Positions 1 to 12,564 of a DNA stretch of 64,000 bases are shown here, in pieces; position 1 is the first letter of the stretch, and every line of letters starts with the position of its first letter. Both the position numbers and the translations under genes were made by a program. This DNA is from Mobula hypostoma. Lineage: Eukaryota. The notes below the pieces were generated by a model that made no database searches, was not told where the DNA came from, and saw only the letters and a program-made list of their open reading frames with translations. The DNA is taken from the NCBI RefSeq assembly GCF_963921235.1, contig NC_086097.1, positions 245,274,001 to 245,338,000 on the forward strand, in the 5' to 3' direction.

Positions 1-75
1 AAGTGACGTATTTACCTTCAGACCTTTCAGTTTCCCAACAACCTTCTCTTTAGTTCTGGTAACTTCACATACTTT

Positions 76-742
76 ATGTCTACAGATCCCTGAAAGTTGC
101 CTCACAGGTGGATAGGATAGTTAAGAAAGCTTATGGGGTGTTAGCTTTCATAAGTCGAGGGATAGAGTTTAAGAGTCGCGATGTAATGATGCAGCTCTAT
201 AAAACTCTGGTTAGGCTACACTTGGAGTACTGTGTCCAGTTCTGGTCACCTCTCTATAGGAAGGATGTGGAAGCATTGGAAAGGGTACAGAGGAGATTTA
301 CCAGGATGCTGCCTGGTTTAGAGAGTATGCATTATGATCAGAGATTAAGGGAGCTAGGGCTTTACTCTTTGGAGAGAAGGAGGATGAGAGGAGACATGAT
401 AGAGGTGTACAAGATAACAAGAGGAATAGATAGAGTGGATAGCCAGTGCCTCTTCCCCAGGGCACCACTGCTCAATACAAGAGGACATGGCTTTAAGGTA
501 AGGGGTGGGAAGTTCAAGGGGGATATTAGAGGAAGGTTTTTTACTCAGAGAGTAGTTCGTGCGTGGAATGCACTGCCTGAGTCAGTGGTGGAGGCAGATA
601 CACTAGTGAAGTTTAAGAGACTACTAGACAGGTATATGGAGGAATTTAAGGTGGGGGCTTATCTGGGAGGCAGGGTTTGATGGTCGGTACAACATTGTGG
701 GCCGAAGGGCCTGTACTGTGCTGTACTGTTCTATGTTCTGTG
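76..742 (+). mobile_element. Young 5'-truncated CR1 LINE (ORF2 C-terminus + 3' UTR)
   Basis: ORF 108-680 has LEYCVQFWSP, LERVQRRFTRM, RGDMIEVYK and FFTQRVV; the tail is ctgtactgttctatgttctg. Inserted into an older minus-strand CR1. Confidence 0.93.
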
Positions 743-2120
743 CCCCCTGACACCTGGAACTTCCACCATACTGCTAGTGTCTTTCACAGTGAAGACTGAT
801 GCAAAATACTTACTTAGTTTATCTGTTATTTCATTGCCTCCCATTACTCCTCTCCCTAGCCTCCTTTTCCAGCAGTCCGATATCTACTCTCGCCTCTCTT
901 TTACACTTTATGTAGCTGAAGAAGCTTCTGGTATCCTATTTAATATTATTGGCTAGCTTACTTTTGTATTCTATCTTTACCATCTTAATGACTTTTTTGG
1001 TTACTTCGCTGTTGGTTCTTAAAAGCTTCCCAATCCCCTAACTTCCCACTAATCTTTGCTGTATTATATGCCCTTGCTTTGGTTTTTATGTTAGTTTTGA
1101 CTTCTCCTGTTAGCCATGGTTGTGTCATCTTTCCTTTAGGGTGCTTCTTCCTTTTTGGGATGTATATATCCTGTGTCTTCCAAATTGCTTCCAGAAATTC
1201 CAGCCATTATCCCTGCCAGCGTTCTTTTCCAATCAATTCTGGCCAACTCCTCGCTCATGCCTCTGCCATTCCCTTTACTTCACTGCAATACTGATACATC
1301 TGACACTAGCTTCTCCTTCTCAAACTTCAGGGTGAATTCGATCATATTATTATCACTTACTCCAAAGGGTTCTTTTACCTTAAGCTCTCTAATCAATTCT
1401 GGTTCATTGCACAAGACCCAATCCAGAATAGCTGATCCTCTAGTGGGCTCAACCACAAGCTGATCTAAAAAGCCATCTCATAGGCACTCTAGAAATTCCT
1501 CCTCTTGGAATCCAGCACCAACCTGTTTTACCCAATCTACCTGCATATTGAAGATCCCCATGACTATTGTAAAATTGTCCTTTTTGCATGCATTTTCTAC
1601 CTCCTCTTGTAATTTGTTGGCCACATCCACATACTGTTTGGGGGTCTGTACGCAACTCCCATCGGGGTCTATTTACCCTTGCAGTTCCTGAGCTCTATCT
1701 GCAATATTTCTACACCTTCGGACCCTATGTCAACTCTTTCTAATGATTTTATTTTATTTTTTATCAACAAAGTAACGCCGCCCCCTCTGCCTTCCTGCCT
1801 ATCCTTTCGATACAAAGTATATTCTTGGACATTAAGCTCCCAGCTATAACCTTTCAGCCATGATTCAGTGATGCCTACAACATACCTGCCAATCTGCAAC
1901 TGTGCTGCAAGTTCATCTACCTTACCGCGTGCATTAAGATATAACACCTTCAGTCCTGTTTTCATCCTTTTTGATTTTCACGCACCATGCTCAACCTTTT
2001 GATTCCTAACTTTGTCTGAGGTCTTACCAACATTTGCTTCCACAGCCTCATTCACTAACTATTCTGGCACTCTGGTTCCCATACCCCTGCAACTCCAGTT
2101 TAAACCCCACCGTGCAGCAT
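743..2120 (-). mobile_element. Old CR1 LINE fragment, APE endonuclease region (continues at 1-75)
   Basis: ORF 1669-1965 has LKVLYLNAR..VVGITESWL..YRKDRQEGRGGGV; frameshifted. Confidence 0.88.
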
Positions 2121-2361
2121 TACCATATAACCATATAAGAATTACAGCACGGAAACAGGCCATCTCGGCCCTTCTAGCCCGTGCCGAACGCTTACTCTCA
2201 CCTAGTCCCACCAACCTGCACTCAGCCCATAACCCTCCATTCCTTTCCTGTCCATATATCTATCCAATTTAACTTTAAACAACAACATCGAACCTGCCTC
2301 AACCACTTCTGCTGGAAGCTCGTTCCACACAGCCACCACTCTCTGAGTAAAGAAGTTCCAG
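2121..2361 (-). mobile_element. CR1 3' end fragment
   Basis: FFTQRVVAVWNELPAEVVEAG...LDRYMD; (accatata)n tail on the + strand. Confidence 0.85.
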
Positions 2362-2487
2362 TTAGAATGCTCTCCATGGTACAACTGTAGAAATCTGCAA
2401 GTGTCTTCAGAGACATGCCAAATCTCCTTAAATGCCTACAACAGTTTTGTCACCAAAATGGCCAGGCAAACTAAAAACAGTGATAAC

Positions 2488-3102
2488 ATTAGATTATGAG
2501 GACACTTAGTCCTCTTTTATTGTCATTTAGTAATGCATGCATTAAGAAATGATACAATATTCCTCCGGTGTGATATCACAAAAACACAGGACAGACCAAG
2601 ACTGAAAAATTAACAAAACCACATAATTATAACATATAGTTACAACAGTGCAACAATACCATAACTTGATGAAGAACAGGCCATGGTCACAGTAAAAAGT
2701 TCAAAGTCTCTCGAAAGTCCCACATCTCATGCAGACGGGAGAAGGAAGAAAACTCTCCCTGCCATGCCCAACCACAGTCCGACTCTGAGTTGTCTGAAAA
2801 CTTCGAGCTCTGATCAGCCCTCCGACAGCGAGTACCGAGCACCATCTCTGCCGAACGCTTCAACCTCAGCCTTGGTCACCAGCAGCAGGCAAAGCCGGGG
2901 ATTTTGGGGCCTACCCTCCGGAGATTCTCGATCGCACAGTAACAATAGCGGCGAACCGGGCATTTCAGAAATTTCTCCAGATGTTCCTCTGTTTCTTACG
3001 TCTGTCTTCATCAAATCAGAATTGTCCACGGACCCTATTTAACAGAAACGATATCATTTCACCGGAAAGTTGTGCGTGCTGCATCGCGCTGCCATCTTCT
3101 CC
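2488..3102 (-). mobile_element. ~0.6-kb non-coding, non-autonomous retroposon, copy 1
   Basis: Homologous to 7016-7702 and 15075-15188. On the minus strand it starts GGAGAAGATGGC and ends AATAAAA-GAGGAC(n5)GTCCTC-ATAATCTAA. Confidence 0.75.
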
Positions 3103-3220
3103 TTTTGCCTTTTTTTAAATAAAAATTTTTCAAACTAAGTAGAAATTGAATTAACTTACAAAAAAATTAATAGTTTAAGAAGATATCATCATTAAGCTTT
3201 AAAAGTTCAAGTGCACTTAC

Positions 3221-3363
3221 CAAGCATTATCTACTTGTTATCATTTCTCTCGCATTTAACGCAGCACAACGATGCTATTTATGAACCAATTTTGATTTAA
3301 ACTACGATTTTAACTGATGATTTTCTTCAACTGCTACAGAAGATGGCTACAGAATATAGGAAC
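3221..3363 (-). other. Candidate host exon (143 nt; mostly UTR, possibly ending in a start codon ATG CTT G)
   Basis: Minus-strand acceptor ttctcttctccttcacag|G and donor TTG|gtaagt in non-repeat DNA; all three frames are closed upstream of the final ATG. Confidence 0.45.
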
Positions 3364-3489
3364 CTGTGAAGGAGAAGAGAATTACAAGCTCAATTTCACA
3401 AAAATGTTTTCACTTTCATAGTTTAACATGGCAAATACCTACTATTTTGCCATCATTACAAAAGTCTAGCCAAGCAGTCCACACTGGTT

Positions 3490-3925
3490 TAGGAGCCTGA
3501 TGGTTGATAAGTGTTCCTGAGGCTGGTGGTATGGGACCCAAGGCTCCTGTACCTCCTTCCTAATGAGAAGAGAGCATGGCCTGGATGGGGGGATCCTTGA
3601 TGATTGATGTTGCATTTTCGTGCCAGTGCTCTTTTAGATATGCTCAATTATGGGGAGGACATTTCCTGTGATGGACTGGACTGTTTCCACTAATTTTTGT
3701 AGGCTTTTCTGCTCTTGGACTGTCATTTCTATACCAGACTGTGTTGCAACCAGTCAGGATACTCTGCGCTGTGCATCTATCGTCAGAGTTTTAGATGATG
3801 TGCTGACCCTGTGCAAACTGTTAAGAAAGTAAAGGCGTTGCTGTGCTTTCTTTGAAATGGCATTTACGATCCTCTGATGTAACCAAGGAATTTAAAGTTA
3901 CTGACCCTCTCCACCTCAAATTCCC
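3490..3925 (-). mobile_element. Degraded Rex1/Babar-like LINE 3' fragment
   Basis: Reverse complement resembles the 3' part of the copies at 15188-16000 and 38899-39810 (ccaggccatgctctcttctc...aggtacaggagcct). Confidence 0.6.
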
Positions 3926-4614
3926 TAATAATTTATTTCTTCAATCAAAGATACTCTTAAACAGCAAAACTAAAAAAACATCTCAAAACCAGCAACTGTC
4001 ATTGGATTTGAACTATACTATTTACGCATAGAATAACTTTGAAGCAATACAGGCAACTCAAAATAAAGTTTCATCTCTGCAATGTTACTAAGAGACATGG
4101 TAAACAAAAGTTCAACGTTTAAAGTTCAAAACAAATTGATTATCAAAGTACGTATGCTACTGTATACTATCCTGAGATTCACTTTCTTGCAGGCATTCAC
4201 AGTACAACAGAGAAATGCAATAGAATCAATAGGAAACTGCACATAAAGACTGATAAATTATCAATGAGCAAAAGGAGACAAACTGCAAACAAAAAATAAA
4301 TAAATAATATTGAGAACATGAGTATTTGAAAGTTGTGGAATCAGTTCAGTGTTGATCTGAGTGAAGTTAACCGCGCTGGCTCAGGAGCCTGATGAAAAGA
4401 TTGGTGCATTCTCGCATTATGACTCAGTCATTTCAATCACAAGAACTTACCACAACGTGTTTGCTTCATCTGAATGGGCAAAATAACCAGCCATGCTGAA
4501 TGGCCTTATTCTGCTTCTATATCTTATGTTAATACTTTTCAGCTCAAATGATTAAAACAAGATACTCTATCTTGGAAACCTGAGCACATTGGCACAACAT
4601 GACAACATCAAAGA

Positions 4615-5570
4615 TGACCATAAGACCATAAGACATAGGAGCAGAATTAGGCCGTTTGGACCATTGAGTCTGTTCTGCCGTACAACCATGGCTGATCTTT
4701 TATTACTGTCTCCTCCCCAACAGCAGCTCCCGGCCTTCTCCCCCGTAACATATGATGCCATGTCCAATCAAGAACCTATCAATCTCTGCATTAAATACAC
4801 CCAACAACCTGGCCTCTACAGCTGCATGTGGCAATAAATTCCACAAATTCACCACCCTTTGGCTAAAGAAATTTCTCCGCATCTCTGTTTTGAAAGGGCA
4901 GCCCTCTATCCTGGTGCTGTGCCCTCTTGTCCTAGACTCTCCCACCATGCGAAACATCCTTTCCACATCTACTCTGTCTAGGCCTCTCAACATTCAAAAG
5001 GTTTCAATGAGATCCCCCCTCATCCTTCTGAATTCCAGCAACTACAGACCCAGAGCCATCAAACGTTCCTCGTATGGTAACCCTTTCATTCCTGGAATTA
5101 TCCTTGTGAACCTCCTCTGGACCCTCTCTAATGCCAGCACATCTTTTCTAAGATGAGGGGCCCAAAACTGTTGAACAAGTGGCCTCACCAGTGCCTTATA
5201 AAGTCTCAGATCATATGCTTGCTCTTGTATTCTAGACCTCTTGAAATGAATGCTAACATGGCATTTGCCTTCCTCACCACTGACTCAACCTTCAGGGTGT
5301 TCTGCACAAGGTCTCCAAAGTCCCTCTGCATTTCAGATTCCTGGATTTTCTCCCCATTCAGAAAGTAGTCTGCACATTTGTTTCCGCTACCAAAGTGCAT
5401 GACCATGCATTTTCCAACATTGTATTTCATTTGCCATTTTCTTACCCATTCTCCTAATCTGTTTAAGTCCTTCTGCAGCCCATCTGTTTCCTCAACACTA
5501 TCTAGCCCTCCAGTAATCTTCGTATCTCTGCAAACTTGACAACAAAGCCATCTATTCCATCATCTAATTC
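4615..5570 (-). mobile_element. CR1 LINE 3' portion
   Basis: ORFs 5206-5430 and 4703-4993 (LDRVDVERMF, TRGH, FFSQRVVNLWN); (accataag)n tail. Confidence 0.9.
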
Positions 5571-6365
5571 ATTCATGGAAGGAAGATATTCTATAAAAAC
5601 AAAAGCACAAGACACAAGTTGCAGTAAACAGCTGAGCTAGATAAAGAGAATCTCGACAATTCCAAACAATAAGACCATTGTACAGTAATGTTCATTATGC
5701 TTCCATCAATAATACTACAATCGCTAACTGCTGTTCCCCTTTTACCACAAACCAACCATAAAATGAATTAGTGATGTGGTATTTGCAGACTTTCCCCAAG
5801 GCAAGGAACAGGAATACTACTCTGTAATTAAAGCAGCCAGGGTCTCCTTCCTTGTTCACAGCTACAGTGTCTCCAAAATCCCCTGGCAACTCAGCTAAAC
5901 TTTCTGGGCATATACAACTATGGGCATACAGTGTAGATAGCAAGGGTACGTAAGAATTTTGCACTGTACCGTATTTGTCAACCTGGAGCAGAGAGCAAGT
6001 TTGTAAATCTGGAGGGAGTAAATGATGTTGGGAATGGTGAGGGTGGAGGGGTGTGGGTCAGGTGACAGAAGAGGAGTGCTGGGGCAGGGCGTGGTGTGGG
6101 TGCAGACACACCCAGCCCTGAGACACCAGGCAAGGTCACTTGTTTCCAAACAATTGGTTTATTGATCATTAGAGAATGTCTTTCTGGTGCTTCCCACTCT
6201 CTTCCCTCTCCCTCCCCCTTTTCTCAACCATGATTCCCCTCTCCCTGCTCCCTTCCCACTCTCAGTCCACAATAGAGACCCATCAGATTTATCATCACTC
6301 ACATATGTCATGAATTTTAAAAAAAAATTTACAGTGGTAGTACAGTGCAATCCATAAAATTACTA

Positions 6366-6431
6366 CAGTACTGTGCAAAAGTTTAGGCACCCTAGCTATA
6401 TATGTGTGCCTAAGACTTTTGCACAGTACTG
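6366..6431. mobile_element. Minimal Tc1-type TIR-TIR MITE
   Basis: cagtactgtgcaaaagtttaggcac / gtgcctaagacttttgcacagtactg inverted repeat, preceded by TA. Confidence 0.7.
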
Positions 6432-6447
6432 CATATGTCACCATAAG

Positions 6448-8190
6448 GGGGTCGTAGATGGTTCCTATTCTGTGTGGAGGATGATGACCAGTGGTGTTCC
6501 GCAGGGATCTGTTCTGGGACCTCTCCTCTTTGTGATTTTTATAAATGACCTGGATGAAGAAGTAGAAGGGTGGGTTAGTAAGTTTGCTGATGACACTAAA
6601 GTTAGGAGTGTTGTGGATAGTCTGGAGGGTTGTCAGAGGTTACAGCACAACATCAGTAGGATGCAGAACTGAGCTGAGAAGTGGCAGGTGGAGTTCAACC
6701 CAGATACTTGTGAAGTGGTTCATTTTGGTAGGTCAAATTTGAAGATAGAATATAATATTAATGGTAAGACACTTGGCAGTGTGGAGGATCAGAGGGATTT
6801 TGGAGTCCGTGTCTATAGGACACTCAAAGCTGCTGCATATGTTGACAGTGTTGTTAAGAAGGCGTATGATGTGTTGGCCTTCATCAACCATGGGATTGAG
6901 TTCAAGAGCCATGAGGTAATGTTACAGCTATGTAAGATCTTAGTTAGATCTCACTTGGAGTACTGTGTTCAGCTCTGGTCACCTCACTGCAGGAAGGATG
7001 TGGATACTGTACTATAGATTATGAGAACACTCAGTCCTCTTTTATTGTCATTTAGAAATGCATACATGCATTAAGAAATGATACAATGTTTCTCTGGAGT
7101 GATATCACAGAAAACAGGACAGACCAAAGACTAACACTGACAGAACCACAAAATTATAACACATAGTTACAGCAGTGCAAAGCAATACCATAATTTGATG
7201 AAGAACAAACCATGGGCACGATAAATAAAGTCTCAATAGTCCGAGTCGATCGACTCCCGAGTACCCAAAAGCAGGTGATAAAAGGGAGAAACTCCCTGCC
7301 ATAAACCTCCAGGCACCGTCAACTTGCCGATGCCTTGGAAGCAGCCGACCACAGCCGACACTGAGTCCATCCGTCCGAAAACTCCGAGCTTCCGACCAGC
7401 CTCTCCAATACAGCCTCTTGAGCTCCATCCTCTGCTGAGTGCCTTCGACCTCGCCCCGGCCGCTGAAACACACAAAGCCGAGGATTTTGGGGCCTTCTGC
7501 TCTGGAGATTCTGGTTACCACACAGTAGCAGCGGCAGCGAAGCGGGCATTTCAGAAGTTTTCCAGATGTTCCTCTGAACTCTCACGTCCATCTCCATCAA
7601 ATCAGAATTGTGCACGGTCCCCTACTTGACAGATAACAGACATCACCACCGAAGTGGCCGCGCACGCTGCCGTCGCGCCGCCATCTTCTCCCTCCTCTCT
7701 CTCAGACAGTGCAGAGGAGATTTACAAGGATGTTGCCTGGATTGGGGAGCATGCCTTATGAGAATAGGTTGAGTGAACTTGGCCTTTTCTCCTTGGAGCA
7801 CAAAGAATGAGAAGAGACCTGATAGAGATATATAAGGTGATGAGAAGCATTGATCGTGTGAATAGCCAGAGGCTTTTTCCCAGGGCTGAAATGGCTGGCA
7901 CGAGGGGGCAGAGTTTTAAGGTGCTTGGAAGTAGATACAAGGGGGATGTCAGAGGTAAGTTTTTCACACAGAGAGTGGTGAGTGCATGGAATGCACTGCC
8001 AGCAACAGTGGTAGAGGCAGATACAATAGGGTCTTTTAAGAGACTCTCAGATAGGTGCACGGAGCTCAGAAAAATAGACGGCTATGTGGTAGGGAAATTC
8101 TAGGCGGTTTCTAGAGTAGGTTACATAGTCGACACAACATTGTGGGCCGAAGGGTCTGTAATATGTTGTAGATTTCTATGTTCTATGTTC
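6448..8190 (+). mobile_element. CR1 LINE RT and 3' portion, interrupted at 7016-7702
   Basis: SGVPQGSVLGPLLFVIFINDLD..KFADDTK, LEYCVQLWSP, RRDLIEIYK; tail tttctatgttctatgttc. Confidence 0.92.
7016..7702 (-). mobile_element. Non-autonomous retroposon, copy 2, inserted in CR1
   Basis: Homologous to 2488-3102; splits the CR1 motif gatactata|gagagagtgcagagg; 5' end GGAGAAGATGGCGGCG. Confidence 0.8.
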
Positions 8191-8792
8191 TTAAGGTATC
8201 CATATTTATGCAAATATTTAAAGTTTATTACATAGAACACTAGAACCAACACTGTAAAACTGCTACATACAAATACAAAATAACATATACAAAAAAAAGA
8301 CTTGACACACACATTCCCCATAACTATTCTGGAAATCTGGAAAGGCACATTATCAAGATAATCATAGATTGCATTAGTGCCTTTTAGAATGACATCATCA
8401 TTACAACAATGAATGAAATTAAATCTGGAACACACGCACAACTCCAAATAGGTTTACAAACCTAAAAAAACTCCTTTGAAGACATAGTCGAGATAGCAAA
8501 TGAGTCCGGGTAGGATGAAGCAGAACAATCTGTTGGAGTCCTTCTGCAGACTCCCTGCTTCCTTAACACTACTTGCCCCTCCACCTATCTTGGTATCCTC
8601 CGCAAACTTGGCCATAGAACCATCAAAGTAATTGCAAAGTGCAGAGCTCACAAATGAAGATCGGTTGGAATTTGAGTGCTGAGTCACAAGGGGGCACTAA
8701 TATAGGATTGTCATTAAAAAAGCAGACCATGAAAGGGCTTTTGCAGGTACTCACCTACATCTGGGCCAGATGGACCACACCCCTGCATTTAG

Positions 8793-10280
8793 AAAGAGGT
8801 AGCTGAATAGATTAGTAATGATCTTTCAAGAATCACTAGATTCTGGAATTCTTCCGAAAAGCTGGAAAATTGCAAATGCCACTCTGCCTTTAGGAAGGGA
8901 GGGAGGCAGATAAAAGGAAATTACATGCCAGTTAGCCTGACTTCAGTGGTGGGAAGGATGTTAGAGTCTATTATTGAGGATGAGGTTTCCAGGTACTTGG
9001 AGGCACATGATAAAACAGGCCAAAGTCTGCATGGTTTTCTAAAGGGGAAATCTTGCCTATCAGACTGTTGGAGTTCTTTGAAGAAATTACACTCAGGATA
9101 GACAAAAAAGAGCCATTGAAAATTGTATACTTGGATTTTCAGAAGGCCTTTGCAAGGTGCTGCACGTACGGCAGCTTAACAAGACAAGAGCCCATGGCAC
9201 TACAGAAAAGATACCAGCGTGGATAGAGATTGGCTGACTGGTAGAAGGCAAAGGGTGAGAATAAAGGAGGCCTTTTCTGGTTGGCTGTTGGTGACTAATG
9301 GTGTGCTGCAGGGGTCAGTGTTGGGACTGCTTCTTTTCATGTGATGGTCTTGTGCCAAGTTTGCGGACAATACAAAGGTAAGTGTAAGGGAAGGTAGTGT
9401 TGAGGAAGCAGGCAGTCTGCAGAAGTACTTAGACAGATTAGGAGAATGGGCAAAGAAATGGCAGATGGAATATAGTGTAGGGAAGTTTATAGTCTTGCAC
9501 TTTGATAGAAGGAATCAAGGTGTAAACTATTTTCTAAATGGGGAGAAAATTCAAAAATCAGAGGTGCTAAGGAACTTGGGAGTCCTTATGTAGGATTCCC
9601 TAAAGGTTAACTTGCAGGTTGAGTCAGTGGTAAGGAAGGCAAATGCAATGTTAGCATTCATTTTGAGAGGACTAGACTATAAGAGCGAGAATGTGAAACC
9701 GAGGCTTTATTTGGTCAAACTGTACTTGGATTATTGTGAACAGTTTTGGGCCCCTTACCTAAGAAAAGATGGGATGGCATTGGAGAGGGCCCAAAGGAGG
9801 TTCATGAGAATGATTCCGAGAAATGAAAGAGTTAACCTATAAGGGGCATTTGATGCCTCTGGGCCTGTACTCTCTGGAGTTTAGAAGAACGATGGGGGAA
9901 TCTCATTAAAACCCAACAGATATTAAAAAGCCTAGATGGAGAGGACATGGAGAGTACGTTTTCTGTATGGGGGAGTCTAGAACTAGAGGCACAGCCTCAG
10001 AATAACGGGATGTCCATTTAGAACAGCAATGAGGAAGAATTTTTTTAGCCAATGGGTACTGAATCTGTGGACTTCACTTCCATAGCTGTCAGTAGAATTC
10101 ATTGCCACAGATGGCTGCGGGGGCCAAGTCATTACAAATGTTGATAGGTTCTTGGTTTGTCAGGGTGTCAGGCAAGAGAATGGGGTTGAGTGGGATAATG
10201 AATCAGCCATTAAGGAATGGTGGATCAGACTCGATGGGCTGAATGGCCTCATTCTGCTCCTATGTCTCGTGGTCTTATTT
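8793..10280 (+). mobile_element. Degraded CR1 ORF2 (RT) + 3' UTR
   Basis: KANAMLAFI..LDYCEQFWAPYLRKD..LERAQRRF, plus gcaggggtcagtgttggg and tttgcggacaatacaaag RT motifs. Confidence 0.88.
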
Positions 10281-10554
10281 AAGAAAGTGAATATCTCCAA
10301 AGAAGGACAGTCCTGATATGGAGTACAGTACTTCATGTTCGATGATGCCCCACTGCAAAAGATTTATCAAGTTGGGGGTGGGGGGGTGAAAAAAAGAGGT
10401 GTCTAGATATCCATCAACACCTTCCTTTAGCCTCAATCACCAGGGACTCAGGAACATCTGAAGAAAAACACCTTGCGATCGAGATTGTCGGTAGGCCCCT
10501 GATGATGAATTTGCGAGGACCAGAGGCAGACCAGATTTGGCTTTTTTTCCTTAA

Positions 10555-10921
10555 TTATGCGCCATGTCGTATGGTGTGAGCGATCATGGTCTTTCCATAA
10601 TCATGACTGCTCTCGGCAAGCTTCTCCACAGAAGTGGTTTGCCATTGCCTTCTTCTGTGCAGTGTCTTTACAAGATGGGTGAACCCAGCCATTATCAACA
10701 CTCTTTAGAAGTTGTCTGCCTGGCATTAGTGGTCGCATAACCAGGACAGGATATGCACAAGCCGCTCACACGATTGTCCACCACCTGCTCCCATGGCTTC
10801 GTGTGACCCTGATCGGGGGTAAGCAGGTGCTACACCTCACCCAAGGGTGACCTGCAGGCCAGTGGAGGGAAGGAACATCTTACACCTCCTTTGGGAGTGA
10901 TGCATCTCCATCCCAACACCC
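10555..10921 (-). mobile_element. RTE-related SINE-like element
   Basis: Minus strand contains gaagaaggcaatggcaaaccacttc, resembling the RTE/Bov-A segment GAAGGCAATGGCAACCCACTCC. Confidence 0.55.
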
Positions 10922-10922
10922 T

Positions 10923-11015
10923 ACTGGGCCTTTACCTTTGCAGAATAAGAAGCGATATGTGTTGACAATGGTGGATACTTGCTCTCAGGTACTGCTGGCC
11001 GTGTATTCACCATAG
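10923..11015 (+). pseudogene. Retroviral integrase fragment (ERV-L/class III-like)
   Basis: Manual translation TGPLPLQNKKRYVLTMVDTCSQVLLA, matching the integrase core GPLP...L..VDT.S motif. Confidence 0.65.
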
Positions 11016-11114
11016 CCCTGTGAGCTTGTGGAGGGTCAGGGTTACTGTCACCAGTTCTGCCAGCTGCCTGGATCCTCCCTCCCCCTTGGCTATTACCACT
11101 TTCCCTGTGCAACT

Positions 11115-12210
11115 ACGTTCACCTCCGCCCCCTGACACTCTCAAATTCCTGACATTCTGCTGGTGTCTTCCACAGTGCAGATGGACATAAAATGCATATT
11201 AGGTTCATCCACCATTTCTTTGCACATCATTAATATCTCTCCAGTGTCATTTTCCAGCTATCTGATGTCCACTCTCAACTCTACTTCACTGGAATACCGG
11301 TACATTTGACTTTAGCTTCTCCCACTCAGATTGCAGGGTGAATTCTATGATATTATAATCACTACCTTCCAAGGATTCCTTTACCTTAAGCAAATGAAAT
11401 CTGGTTCAATACAGAACCCCCAATCCAGAATAGCTTTTCCCCTAGTGGGCTCAATCACAATCTGCTCTACAAAGCCATCTCATTGGCATTCTACAAATTT
11501 CCTCTCTTGGGATCCAGCACCAACCTGAGTATTGAAATCCTCTATAATCATCGCAACATTGCCCCTTTTACATAGCTTTTCTATCTCCAATTGTAATTTG
11601 TAGCCCAAATCCTGGCTACTTTTCGAAAGCCTGTAAATAACTCCCAACAGGGTCTTTTTACGCTTGTAGATTCTTAACTCTACCCACAAGGATTCTACAT
11701 CTTCCATTCCTATGTCACCTCCTTCTAAGGATTTGGTTTCAATTTTTATCAATGAGCCACCCTGCCCCCTCTGCCCCTTTGCCTGTCCTTTCGATACAAT
11801 GCGTATCCTTGGTTGTTAACCAATTTAACCAATTTCCCCCAGGATCAATAAAGTGTGACTATGACTATGACTAAGCTCACAACTATAATCCTATAATCTT
11901 CTTTCAGCCAAGACTCAGTGATGCCCACAACATCACATCTGCCAATCTCTAACTGCGTTACAAGATCTACCTTATTCTCTATATTGTATGCATTCAAATA
12001 TACCATCTTCAGTGCTGTATTCGTCCCCCTTTGATTTGCACCAATGTTATACTTCTTCTTATCCCACTGACTGCAATCAGCTGCAATTTGCCCTATCCTT
12101 CTTCACAGTTTCACTACACACTGGATTGACTTGTATACTAACTGCTCCTTCCTTAACTCTATCACTCTGGTTCCCATTCCTTGGCCAACTTAGTTTAAAC
12201 CCTCCACAAT
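11115..12210 (-). mobile_element. Old CR1 fragment (APE endonuclease region)
   Basis: VESLWVELR..KTLLGVIYR..IIEDFN. Contains a ~50-bp LINE tail insertion at ~11820-11872 (aataaagt + (atgact)n). Confidence 0.8.
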
Positions 12211-12221
12211 AGCATCCCTGA

Positions 12222-12505
12222 TATTTTATTGAGTTACAGTGAGGAGTAGGCCCTTCTGGCTTTCGAGCTGCGCCGCTCAGTAACCCCTGATCTAATGCTA
12301 GCCTAATCACGGGGCAATTTACAATGACCAGGTAACCTACCAGACGGTACATCTTTGGACTGTGAAAGGAAACTGGAAACCCAGAGGAATCCCACGTGGA
12401 CACGGGGAGAATATACAAACTCCTTACAGGCAGAGGCGGAAATTGAACCCGGGTCACTTGGCCCGTAAAGTGTTGTGCTAATCACTATACTACCGTGCCA
12501 CCCGC
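12222..12505 (-). mobile_element. tRNA-derived V-SINE (HE1-like)
   Basis: A-box-like ggcacggtagtatagtgattagc, B-box gggttcaatttcc, V-domain-like ttctccccgtg..tgggtttcc..cagtccaaagatgt, and AATAAA end. Confidence 0.75.
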
Positions 12506-12564
12506 AGTATCATCTACATAGTGGGATATCGAGGTGATTGGGTTGAGTGAGAACCCTAGAGGTC

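Noticed and set aside
4451..4469. Possible 19-nt minus-strand micro-exon (cag|ATGAAGCAAACACGTTGTG|gtaagt)
   Set aside because: The acceptor side overlaps CR1 3'-UTR-like sequence; too short to support.
12430..12505. tRNA genes at SINE heads (also 32605, 46970, 47520)
   Set aside because: A/B boxes are present but there is no cloverleaf, and a SINE body follows.
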